Of a stretch of 64,000 bases of DNA, positions 9,859 to 17,367 are shown in pieces. Position 1 is the stretch's first letter. Every line of letters starts with the position of its first letter. Both the position numbers and the translations under genes were made by a program. The notes under the pieces were generated by a model that saw nothing but the letters and a program-made list of their open reading frames with translations, was not told the origin of the DNA and did no database searches. The stretch is from a virus. Lineage: Duplodnaviria; Caudoviricetes. The DNA is taken from the IMG/VR virus record IMGVR_UViG_3300017987_005501. One strand, written 5' to 3'.

Positions 9859-10950
9859 TCAGCCACCCGATATATCTCGAACCCCTAACCGCAGTATTCT
9901 TCCAGAGCCTGCGGCAAGAAGTTGATTTACAATGCTTAATCCCGAACTATTCAAATTTGTTGTTCGAGAGCCTGTAGGGCTATTACCCAGGGTAACCGTT
10001 ACAAGGGTGCCACCACTCCCGCTGGTAGGGCAAATTTCTGCCGCCGCTGATGTTGCAGCAGAACCCCCAGAAGGAGCATTATGTGTTGTCCGTGCAAAAG
10101 CAAAAGTAGTATCGGCTGAGATTAAACTAAAATCAATGCTAGCGGTAGTAACTGTAGTTCCTACCGGGACACTCGATAAATCAAATTCCCAATATCCAAC
10201 GTAGGTGTAGCTAACACAATGATTTCCATAGGTATCAATTGTTCCTACCGTAAAAGAGGAGGATGCAACAGTAATATAACCGCATTGTGTTGCGGTAATG
10301 TCCCAGTTACCCCCACCCCCGCCAGTAATTGCGATAGTTAAATTTTGAAGGTCCACCCCGGAAGCAGCATCACTAACGCGGAGAGTAAAACTACTATTCC
10401 CAGCAGTAGTGGGTGTTCCACTAATTCTCCCCGTTGTAGTATTAAGCGAAAGTCCAGGAGGCAAGCTTCCCGAGGTTATAGAAAAAGAATATGGGGTTGT
10501 CCCCCCTGTTACGCTTATAAATTGGCTATAAGCTTGCCCAACGGTCCCTCCAGGCAAGGATGTTGTATTAATTGTTAAAGGAGGAGGAGTTGTTGAGACG
10601 ACTATTGTGAGTGGCTGGGTGTCCGAATCTGAATTGTCATCTATGACTCGAATCGTAAATGTATAAGTCCCATTCGTAGTTGGGGTTCCACTTATAACCC
10701 CAGCTAAACTAAGGCTTAGTCCGGGAGGCAAACTTCCCGAAAGTAATGTAAAAGTATATGGGACACGGCCACCACTAACAGAAATACTGGCAGTGTAAAG
10801 GTTTCCACGTGTTGCCGCTGGCAAACTTGAAGTATTTATATTAAGTTGCTCGGCAGGAGGGGGAGAGGTCCCTCTTACTGCTTCTTTACACCCCAGGCAA
10901 CTAAAAACGAATAAGGCTGCGCATATGATCAAAAGCATGCGTACCCTCAT
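9859..10950 (-). CDS. Lipoprotein with two putative Ig (He_PIG-type) repeats
   Basis: Signal peptide ending SCLGC; two repeats IxTxSLP..GxxY...SxxGGxxPYxF....GSLPPGLSL...GxISGTPT. Confidence 0.85.
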   Translation of the reverse strand: MRVRMLLIICAALFVFSCLGCKEAVRGTSPPPAEQLNINTSSLPAATRGNLYTASISVSGGRVPYTFTLLSGSLPPGLSLSLAGVISGTPTTNGTYTFTIRVIDDNSDSDTQPLTIVVSTTPPPLTINTTSLPGGTVGQAYSQFISVTGGTTPYSFSITSGSLPPGLSLNTTTGRISGTPTTAGNSSFTLRVSDAASGVDLQNLTIAITGGGGGNWDITATQCGYITVASSSFTVGTIDTYGNHCVSYTYVGYWEFDLSSVPVGTTVTTASIDFSLISADTTFAFARTTHNAPSGGSAATSAAAEICPTSGSGGTLVTVTLGNSPTGSRTTNLNSSGLSIVNQLLAAGSGRILRLGVRDISGG

Positions 10951-11013
10951 GGGTTTTCCTCCGTATGTTTGAAATAGTAAGGGGCGTAGGGAAGACCGAA
11001 TTGAGCTTAAAAA

Positions 11014-11086
11014 TGGCGGATACTGGAATTGAACCAGTTTATCAGGTTTATGAGACCTGTGAGATAATCCACACCTCCCATCCGCG
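11014..11086 (-). tRNA. tRNA-Met(CAU), initiator-like but atypical
   Basis: Cloverleaf CGCGGAT / GAGG-TCTC / CAGGT-CTCATAA-ACCTG / ACTGG-TTCAATT-CCAGT; C1 unpaired, A11-U24; CCA not encoded. Confidence 0.75.
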
Positions 11087-11094
11087 ATATTTAG

Positions 11095-11210
11095 AGCGGG
11101 CGGCGGGAATTGAACCCGCGTGATCAGCTTCCATTGGGTCTAACTAAAAAGTAAAACTTTATAGCGAGGCACAAAGGAAGGCTGAAGCTTTACCACTAAG
11201 CTACGCCCGC
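11095..11210 (-). tRNA. tRNA-Gly(UCC) with 45-nt insert (11131-11175) in the anticodon loop
   Basis: GCGGGCG/CGCCCGC acceptor, U73, D arm GCTT-AGTGGTA-AAGC, T arm GCGGG-TTCAATT-CCCGC; removing the insert restores TCAGC-CTTCCAA-GCTGA and a 71-nt body. Confidence 0.85.
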
Positions 11211-11254
11211 AATTAATCTTTATGCTTATATTACTAAATTATTATAGGAAGAAA

Positions 11255-11491
11255 CTAGTTTTGCTTTCGATTCTTTTGCTTAAGCCAATTATCAACGGCA
11301 GCTTTCCAAGTCCCACCCGCTGCAATTGTTCCTAGGTCATCCCCCGCGTAAGACCAAACTTCCCACTGATGCTTAAGTGAGCTCCATGTTATAATATATT
11401 TTTCGTTAATATTCTCATAAGGACGATATCCATTGATATGGCCCTTAAACCAAAAACGCCAAGAAGTTCCTCTATAGGTTTTTCCTCCCAT
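11255..11491 (-). CDS. Hypothetical protein, Trp-rich
   Basis: 78 aa; AAGGAGG RBS. Confidence 0.65.
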   Translation of the reverse strand: MGGKTYRGTSWRFWFKGHINGYRPYENINEKYIITWSSLKHQWEVWSYAGDDLGTIAAGGTWKAAVDNWLKQKNRKQN

Positions 11492-11526
11492 CTCAAATTC
11501 CTCCTTATCTGATAATACGGGAGGAA

Positions 11527-11883
11527 TTAATCTTTTTTCTGGCGTTTTTTTAATTCTTTGACGACTTGTTCCCTAAACTTAGAAATAGATGAGTGTTGAA
11601 TATTTCCCCAACGAAAACCGGAACCGGTTAAATAGTTACGTATAATGAGAAGCTTTTTAGTGGTCGTTTTTGTAACAGGGCCTAACCACCTTCGAAGCTT
11701 TCGAACATTAGCTTCTTTATTCTCTGCCCAGGTTCCTTTTAATACTTCTCTCAGCTTTTGCCAAGATTTCATCTTGACAATTTCTTTCATGATATATTCG
11801 GTATCGCCAATCTTGTATTTTTTGACAGCGAGTTTTTGGATCTCGGACGAAAGAATATAAAGTTTTGAGATGATGTTCCGCAT
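11527..11883 (-). CDS. Basic hypothetical protein with shared-type N-terminus
   Basis: MRNIISKLYILSSEIQKLA; coupled to the upstream gene. Confidence 0.7.
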   Translation of the reverse strand: MRNIISKLYILSSEIQKLAVKKYKIGDTEYIMKEIVKMKSWQKLREVLKGTWAENKEANVRKLRRWLGPVTKTTTKKLLIIRNYLTGSGFRWGNIQHSSISKFREQVVKELKKRQKKD

Positions 11884-12549
11884 TTAAGCCATAGCTGGTA
11901 CTGCCTCAGCTCCCCCAGGTTGGTCCTCTCCAGCAATTTCTTGGATTTGCTCCCAAAGCTGCCCGAAGTCTTCAAAGTTCTTAAGATCGCTCCAGGATAT
12001 TTTCTTTGTTAATTTAAGAAGGTCTTCTTTTTTATTCGTTGTTCGCGTTATTTCTCCAAGATACCTTAATAGCTCAGAAAGTTTTTTCCCGGAAGCTAAC
12101 CCCAAAGATAGGAGCCAGAGGGCCATTTGCCCCGCTTTAAGGCTTAGGATACTTGCAAATTTCCCTACTGAATTCTGATTTTTATGTAAACCCAAAACCC
12201 AATCTTGAAGCCACCCTATTCCATATTTTCCTATAATTAAATTAAAAAAATGAAGGACCCACTTTAAGCCAAAACCCCCGGCTTCAAGTAAAAGGCCAAT
12301 AAGCCATTTTACCCCTTTTCCGATCCCTTTAAGAATATCCATGATACCAAACCCCAATTTCAGGGTTGAGGGAATTTCAAAAATTCCTTCATATGGAGTA
12401 TTATTAAAAGCTTCCTTAAAAATCGCGCATTTATAATAATAGTCAGCTTCTGAGAAACTGTTTTGGAGTAAAGATGCCTTAAACTGATTAACCACTGTGG
12501 TATTTTCTAAGTTTTGGGCTAGTTTCTCTATTTTAGTTGATATTTTCAT
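11884..12549 (-). CDS. Hypothetical protein with Gly-rich amphipathic helices
   Basis: MKISTKIEKLAQNL N-terminus; GFGIMDILKGIGKGVKWLIGLLL amphipathic segment. Confidence 0.7.
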   Translation of the reverse strand: MKISTKIEKLAQNLENTTVVNQFKASLLQNSFSEADYYYKCAIFKEAFNNTPYEGIFEIPSTLKLGFGIMDILKGIGKGVKWLIGLLLEAGGFGLKWVLHFFNLIIGKYGIGWLQDWVLGLHKNQNSVGKFASILSLKAGQMALWLLSLGLASGKKLSELLRYLGEITRTTNKKEDLLKLTKKISWSDLKNFEDFGQLWEQIQEIAGEDQPGGAEAVPAMA

Positions 12550-12560
12550 AGGATTTCCTT

Positions 12561-13337
12561 TTAGGCAGCTTCTGCCTTTGCGCCAACAGTTTCTATAAGA
12601 TTAATAGCCCCTTCGTCTTTTGAGGCAGCAACAGCTTTAGTTATAAACTCCGCAATAACTTCTTCTTTTACAATCCCTTTTTTCCTTATTATATCAAGCA
12701 ACTTTACACGTTCTTCTTGTGAAAGCTGTTCTACGTATTTTTGTAACCATCTTTTACCTTCAGGGCTAGAAAGTTTTTCGGCAATAAAAGCCGTAAAATC
12801 CTCTCCGAAAATAGTAAGGGCAGTTTCTAGGGCTTTGGGTTTTTCCATAATTTTCTGCCAATCCTGAATGGTTAACTTACTAATTCCTTCCCTGTCCACA
12901 ACGTATCCTAATTTTTCTAGAAAAGCACCTTGGAGATGCTCCGCCTCTCCCTGCAAAAAGTACCCGATACCAAAACCACTAAGCAAAGCAAGGATGCCTG
13001 GCAAAGTAACGAGAGCGGCTAAACCAGCAACTCCCCCCGAGCCGATAATAGCAGTCCCAATAACCGCCCCAACAGCAAAAGAAAGAATTGGGGCGCTTAA
13101 ACGAATTGCTATAGCTTGAACCCAGGACCACCCTTTTCTCAAAATCTTTTTGGTATTTTCCCAAAGGTCCCCAAGCCAACCAGCTTGCTTCATATAATAA
13201 GCTGCCCTATTAAGGAGAAAAGATCTCTGTTTATTGTTGGCTACTCTTATAGAGAAAGCGGCGTTTAATGTAGCATTAGCAAGTTTTTGGTAATATTTGA
13301 CTTTGGCGTCAATATTGTAATCTAGAACTAATTCCAT
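12561..13337 (-). CDS. Hypothetical protein with internal glycine-zipper TM hairpin
   Basis: ~45-aa hydrophobic Gly/Ala-rich stretch, no signal peptide. Confidence 0.7.
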   Translation of the reverse strand: MELVLDYNIDAKVKYYQKLANATLNAAFSIRVANNKQRSFLLNRAAYYMKQAGWLGDLWENTKKILRKGWSWVQAIAIRLSAPILSFAVGAVIGTAIIGSGGVAGLAALVTLPGILALLSGFGIGYFLQGEAEHLQGAFLEKLGYVVDREGISKLTIQDWQKIMEKPKALETALTIFGEDFTAFIAEKLSSPEGKRWLQKYVEQLSQEERVKLLDIIRKKGIVKEEVIAEFITKAVAASKDEGAINLIETVGAKAEAA

Positions 13338-13404
13338 GAAATTCTCCCAAAGACAGATTATCCTTTATAGATATTTGCCTATTAGTGAATTATTAAAAAA
13401 TATT

Positions 13405-13833
13405 TTAAGGGATTCCGAGGTAATTATACGAATACCGAGACTGGAAGTAAGGGGGATCTATTTTCTTCATACGAAATTTCATTCTTTCTTTATGCTCTTG
13501 CCGACAGTAAAAGAAGTTTACGAGCTCTACAAACTCTAAAAAAGAATCAAACCCTTCATTATAAAGGAGCTGCCCAATAAAGCGGATAACATGATTAGGC
13601 CCTGTTAATAAAGCTTCTAATTCAACCTCCTCCCCCTCTTCTTCTATCCAATCCCCATCAGTCCCACATTCTAGCTCAAAACAGGCAAGATCCACATCGC
13701 CGATGGGGTATAAAAGTTCGAAATAGGTATCTTGCCCGTATTTAGGGTAATCTGGATATTTTACTGAGAATTCATAATCGCCGTCGGGTCTTCTAACAAT
13801 AAAGAATTGAAGGTTAGTTTTCCGTTTCGCCAT
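13405..13833 (-). CDS. Hypothetical protein
   Basis: 142-aa acidic ORF overlapping the upstream gene; GAGG RBS. Confidence 0.6.
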   Translation of the reverse strand: MAKRKTNLQFFIVRRPDGDYEFSVKYPDYPKYGQDTYFELLYPIGDVDLACFELECGTDGDWIEEEGEEVELEALLTGPNHVIRFIGQLLYNEGFDSFLEFVELVNFFYCRQEHKERMKFRMKKIDPPYFQSRYSYNYLGIP

Positions 13834-14215
13834 CTGAAATATCCTCGTCTAAATCTTCTGAGGAACAATAAACATTCCAACATTTTCCGTATGCAATTGC
13901 CCATTCAGGGCCATGGTCTTCCGTTTCATACGGGGTAAACCATGTTAGAGCATGTGCCCACTCGTGAATTAAGATATGGATTGCGGCACCTTCAGCTTCG
14001 TCCTTATGAATTCTAACAACAAAACGCTTTGCTTTTTTATCATACTTACAAAAACCTGCGGTGTCAGGCTCCGAAATAGAAATTCTTCGAACTTCTACGG
14101 GGAATCTGGGAGGGAGTTCGTTTCTTAAATCGTATAAAATGGAGCGAAAACTTCCAAGTTTACTTGCTTTTTTTGTTTTCGTGACCTTATGTTCCCTTTT
14201 TCTTTTCTTTTTCAT
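13814..14215 (-). CDS. SprT-like HExxH zinc metalloprotease domain protein
   Basis: HILIHEWAHAL followed by DHGPEW. Confidence 0.75.
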   Translation of the reverse strand: MKKKRKREHKVTKTKKASKLGSFRSILYDLRNELPPRFPVEVRRISISEPDTAGFCKYDKKAKRFVVRIHKDEAEGAAIHILIHEWAHALTWFTPYETEDHGPEWAIAYGKCWNVYCSSEDLDEDISDGETEN

Positions 14216-14358
14216 TGAAAAACTCCTGTATATATAATATACTCATGGAATATTCCAGGGGTAAGGCAAAAGAGGGTTTGAAAAGATTTCCCTTAAAACT
14301 AAATCGCATATATCTAGTATTAGATAGGGAAGGAAAAAATTTTAGGGGAGTAACCAAA

Positions 14359-14904
14359 ATGGAACAAACTCAAGAAAAACAGTGGTACGCGATCTCTATT
14401 CATAAGTTTAGAGACAATTATCCAACATTTGAAAAAACAATCTTACAGGCTTATGCAGATAAAGTTGATGACGTAGTTATCCCTAAGATGGTAGAAACCG
14501 TCCATAATAAAGGGAAAAAAGAAGATGTTACGTCGAGAATGTTTGGAAATTATATTTTTATTCATGCCAATATGGATGTTTATCTAATCGACGCCCTTAA
14601 AGACACTACAGGGATTTCGATCGTCTATCCAATTACCCCATTAGATCCCGTAGAAATTGAACAATACCGGGAGGTTAAAGAAGTTAAAAGCGAAAGTGGG
14701 GAACTTTTAGGGGATGGAGAAATCGAGGAAGAAAACCTGGCTGAATTTTTTGATCTAAATGACCGAGTTTATCTCACTACGCTTGGCGTAGAAGGATTCG
14801 TTCAGGGAACAAAAGGTAATAAAGTTTTAGTCGAAGTAGATATTTTAGGAACGAACGTTGTGGAAGTAGATCCAGTCAACGTAGAAAAGTGTGCTGAAGA
14901 ATAA
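14359..14904 (+). CDS. NusG-family transcription elongation factor (NGN + KOW)
   Basis: QWYAI...VVIP...MFGNYIFIH NGN domain; FDLNDRVYL..VEGFV..VLVEVDILG KOW-like domain; start moved to 14359 (GGAG RBS). Confidence 0.8.
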   Translation: MEQTQEKQWYAISIHKFRDNYPTFEKTILQAYADKVDDVVIPKMVETVHNKGKKEDVTSRMFGNYIFIHANMDVYLIDALKDTTGISIVYPITPLDPVEIEQYREVKEVKSESGELLGDGEIEEENLAEFFDLNDRVYLTTLGVEGFVQGTKGNKVLVEVDILGTNVVEVDPVNVEKCAEE

Positions 14905-15094
14905 GGCAAAAAGAATCGCAATGATGCGGATCAACTCTGAGCTTTGTTCAAATTGTGGTCTATGTGTTGATTCATGCCCAATGGAAATCATTAAATTAGT
15001 TGATGGAAAATTCATTATTCCAGAAGACGATTGCACTGGGTGTAAAGCTTGTGCGGAAGAATGCCCTAACAAGGCAATCGAAGAAATAGACTAA
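14891..15094 (+). CDS. 2x[4Fe-4S] ferredoxin
   Basis: CSNCGLCVDSCP and CTGCKACAEECP; true start may be 14921 or 14924. Confidence 0.9.
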   Translation: MLKNKAKRIAMMRINSELCSNCGLCVDSCPMEIIKLVDGKFIIPEDDCTGCKACAEECPNKAIEEID

Positions 15095-15162
15095 ACGAAG
15101 TTCTTTAACAATTTGACCTATTTTAACTTGAACTTTTTCAAGCATAGGGAGTTATACTGTTT

Positions 15163-15511
15163 GGGGCTGAAAAGGGATCGACAGGTAAATAAGGGTTATG
15201 GTTGCGTGCCGCGGTTAGTCGGCTGGCCGCGTTAAAAGCCGACTCGTCAAAACAACTGACGAACCTGTTTACGCAATGGCTGCTTAAAGCCGTCGTCCTT
15301 GTAGAGTTTACTTAGGACCCTATAAAGGACGTTAATGCACTAAGTGGGAAGTCCGGGAAGTTACGGACCTCGGAGTAGGTTAGTTCCAAGTTCGCTCACA
15401 CGACACCGATTAACCAAAACGAGTACACCTTTAGAGGTGATAGTGAGCTACGCACGTAGAGACCATAGTCTAGATTTACACTGGAAGCGGGTTCAATTCC
15501 CGCCAGCTCCA
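15163..15511 (+). ncRNA. ssrA: tmRNA
   Basis: 5' GGGGCTG..GGATCGAC; 3' T arm GCGGGTTCAATTCCCGC and CAGCTCC-A pairing with a G.U wobble; internal tag reading frame; smpB 1.4 kb away. Confidence 0.95.
15258..15287 (+). other. tmRNA tag reading frame, (A)DEPVYAMAA
   Basis: AAAACAACT-GAC resume context, then GAC GAA CCT GTT TAC GCA ATG GCT GCT TAA; the resume codon is inferred. Confidence 0.75.
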
Positions 15512-15513
15512 CT

Positions 15514-15542
15514 AAAAAAGCCGCAGAAAATTGCGGCTTTTT
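15514..15542 (+). terminator. Terminator after tmRNA
   Basis: aaaaaagccgca-gaaaat-tgcggcttttt. Confidence 0.85.
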
Positions 15543-15556
15543 ATATCTTAAATACC

Positions 15557-15766
15557 ATGGATTCTGAAAAACAAGAAATAGAGATCAGGCGCATACCAGA
15601 GTTTCCCGAAAAACTTTATGAGCTTGAAATCATTTATAAAAACCTCAAAGGTGATATAAGCCTAACTTCTGGTTTTATTGAAGATGTCCCTGCATTTCTT
15701 CAGGTAATAGAAGAATTAGAAAAATGGGGATATGAAATTATTGCCTATAGTTTTGGAAAGCATTAG
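15557..15766 (+). CDS. Small hypothetical protein
   Basis: Start moved to ATG 15557, downstream of tmRNA and its terminator; 69 aa. Confidence 0.55.
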   Translation: MDSEKQEIEIRRIPEFPEKLYELEIIYKNLKGDISLTSGFIEDVPAFLQVIEELEKWGYEIIAYSFGKH

Positions 15767-16524
15767 TGAGGTTTGGGCCAAAAGTAACTAACCCAATCAT
15801 TTTCTTGCCCTCCTCTTTCCTCGTATAATCGGCTTTCTTGGGAAACTGGGACCCCTTCCCTACCAACCCAGTAAATTTCTTGGGGAGAAATTACTAAGAC
15901 ATTTCCATACCTGTTACCAAAAGTTCCGACATAAAGACCAGAACTAATTTGTGGTTTTCCAGAAACATAATTAATTCGTGGTCCTTCCGTTACAGTAAGG
16001 ATAAAAGCTTTCTCTGTAGGACTTGTAGGGAAAAGTTCTTGTGTTATTGTTTCCTTAAACTCCCGAGCTTTTTCCTCCGTTAAAAGTTGCTGCTCCTGAA
16101 TAGACCCAGCTTCCCAGCTCTCGTCTGCCTGCCCTGTTTGTTCTGTTGAGGATCCTCCCGGAAGGAGTTCACCAATTTTAAGCTCTCCTTTTTGATGTAA
16201 AACAATTAGAGCTAATGCAAAAAGAAGCAACGAAACGCCGAAAAGTTTTTTGAGAGAACCGGCAGCCCTCGCCGCAAATTGTTCTTGAAGTTCCTTTTCT
16301 AAAACCTTTTGCATTTCTTCTAAGGAACCGGCTGATTTTATTAACTCAGCAAATAACCAACGTAGTTTTTCTTCCGTAACGTCGGAAAAATCAATTTGGC
16401 CTATATCGAAAAATTTCTTCAAATAAGTTAAATTTTGGTTCGAAAAAATCGACTGTGGGTTTCGTATAAAAGATTGGAGTTTGAGGTCTGCTGCAAGTTT
16501 AAGTAGTTGTTTTGATAACTTCAT
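15763..16524 (-). CDS. Hypothetical protein with shared N-terminal motif and internal TM helix
   Basis: MKLSKQLLKLAADL; LFGVSLLLFALALIVL; AAGGAG RBS. Confidence 0.7.
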   Translation of the reverse strand: MKLSKQLLKLAADLKLQSFIRNPQSIFSNQNLTYLKKFFDIGQIDFSDVTEEKLRWLFAELIKSAGSLEEMQKVLEKELQEQFAARAAGSLKKLFGVSLLLFALALIVLHQKGELKIGELLPGGSSTEQTGQADESWEAGSIQEQQLLTEEKAREFKETITQELFPTSPTEKAFILTVTEGPRINYVSGKPQISSGLYVGTFGNRYGNVLVISPQEIYWVGREGVPVSQESRLYEERGGQENDWVSYFWPKPH

Positions 16525-16568
16525 CTTAAGGCTCCTTTTCTATAAAAAACAAGCGATAAATAGATTAT

Positions 16569-16913
16569 ATGCGTTTTTTTCGTTGCCAATTCAAAGAAAC
16601 AAAAAGAATTCTTCCCCCTAAATCTAGGAAGAATAACGATAAAACATATCAAGAGGATAAAGAAGATATAGTGTATCTTACCTGTGATTTTGGCACAGCC
16701 GTTGTGCTAGGGAACTTTTTGGGGAAATACCGGCACGAAAAAGGAAATAAATTTTACGTTTACGAGTTTGAAATTGATAAAAGAGACCCAAGGCTAACTA
16801 GAAGAACAAATGCAGAATTTTGGTATCAGGGAGAAATTACGCAGTTTAAGTTAGGGGTAAAAGAAGTAAAGTTTGATAAAACAGTACAAATTAAGGAAAT
16901 AATCCTTTTCTAA
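16569..16913 (+). CDS. Hypothetical protein
   Basis: 114-aa ORF; no clear RBS. Confidence 0.6.
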   Translation: MRFFRCQFKETKRILPPKSRKNNDKTYQEDKEDIVYLTCDFGTAVVLGNFLGKYRHEKGNKFYVYEFEIDKRDPRLTRRTNAEFWYQGEITQFKLGVKEVKFDKTVQIKEIILF

Positions 16914-16929
16914 ACTATATATAAATAAA

Positions 16930-17367
16930 ATGATGGCCATTAAAAATAAAAAAGCAACTAGGGATTATGAAATTTTAGAGGAAATTGAGGCAGGAATCGA
17001 ACTTCAGGGGTCAGAAGTTAAAAGTATTGCTGAAGGAGCCGCTTCTATTGGGGAAGCATTTATTGTTGTAAAAAAAGGGGAAGCCTGGCTACTTAAGTCT
17101 TATATTGCCCCCTATGAAAAAGGCACCCATTCTAACCATGACCCCTACCGAAAAAGAAGACTCCTACTTCATAAGAGGGAGATTCGTAATTTCGAACGGG
17201 AAAGGGAAATTAAAAAATTAACGATTATTCCTTTGAAATTATATTTTAATAACAAAGGAAAAGTTAAAGCCTTAATCGCTCTTGCTCGGGGGAAAAAGAA
17301 ATACGACAAGCGAGAAGATCTTAAAAACAAGGATGCCGAAAGAGAAATCAAAAAATTCAAACCATGA
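16930..17367 (+). CDS. smpB: SsrA-binding protein
   Basis: NKKA..DY.I.E..EAGI.L.GSEVKS, R.R.LLLHKREI and GKK.YDKRE motifs. Confidence 0.95.
   Translation: MMAIKNKKATRDYEILEEIEAGIELQGSEVKSIAEGAASIGEAFIVVKKGEAWLLKSYIAPYEKGTHSNHDPYRKRRLLLHKREIRNFEREREIKKLTIIPLKLYFNNKGKVKALIALARGKKKYDKREDLKNKDAEREIKKFKP

Noticed and set aside
9812-9865. Structured element after the Ig lipoprotein stop codon, checked as a hammerhead ribozyme
   Set aside because: It has nested stems (ctgagg/cctcag; gtccgcc/ggcgggac) but no CUGANGA...GAAA core; more likely a terminator or mRNA-stabilising hairpin
11131-11175. Group I intron or canonical archaeal BHB intron in tRNA-Gly
   Set aside because: 45 nt is too short for a ribozyme core, and pairing of positions 32-35 with the insert 3' end does not give the 3-4-3 bulge-helix-bulge at 37/38; kept as an unclassified insert
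14246-14257. Perfect 12-bp palindrome TGGAATATTCCA in the divergent promoter region
   Set aside because: Single occurrence with no second copy found; could be chance in AT-rich DNA
14215-14358. N-terminal extension of the NusG ORF
   Set aside because: It covers a divergent promoter region; the NGN domain and an RBS point to a start at 14359
15344-15556. N-terminal extension of ORF 15344-15766
   Set aside because: It overlaps the tmRNA 3' half and its terminator; the start at 15557 is more plausible
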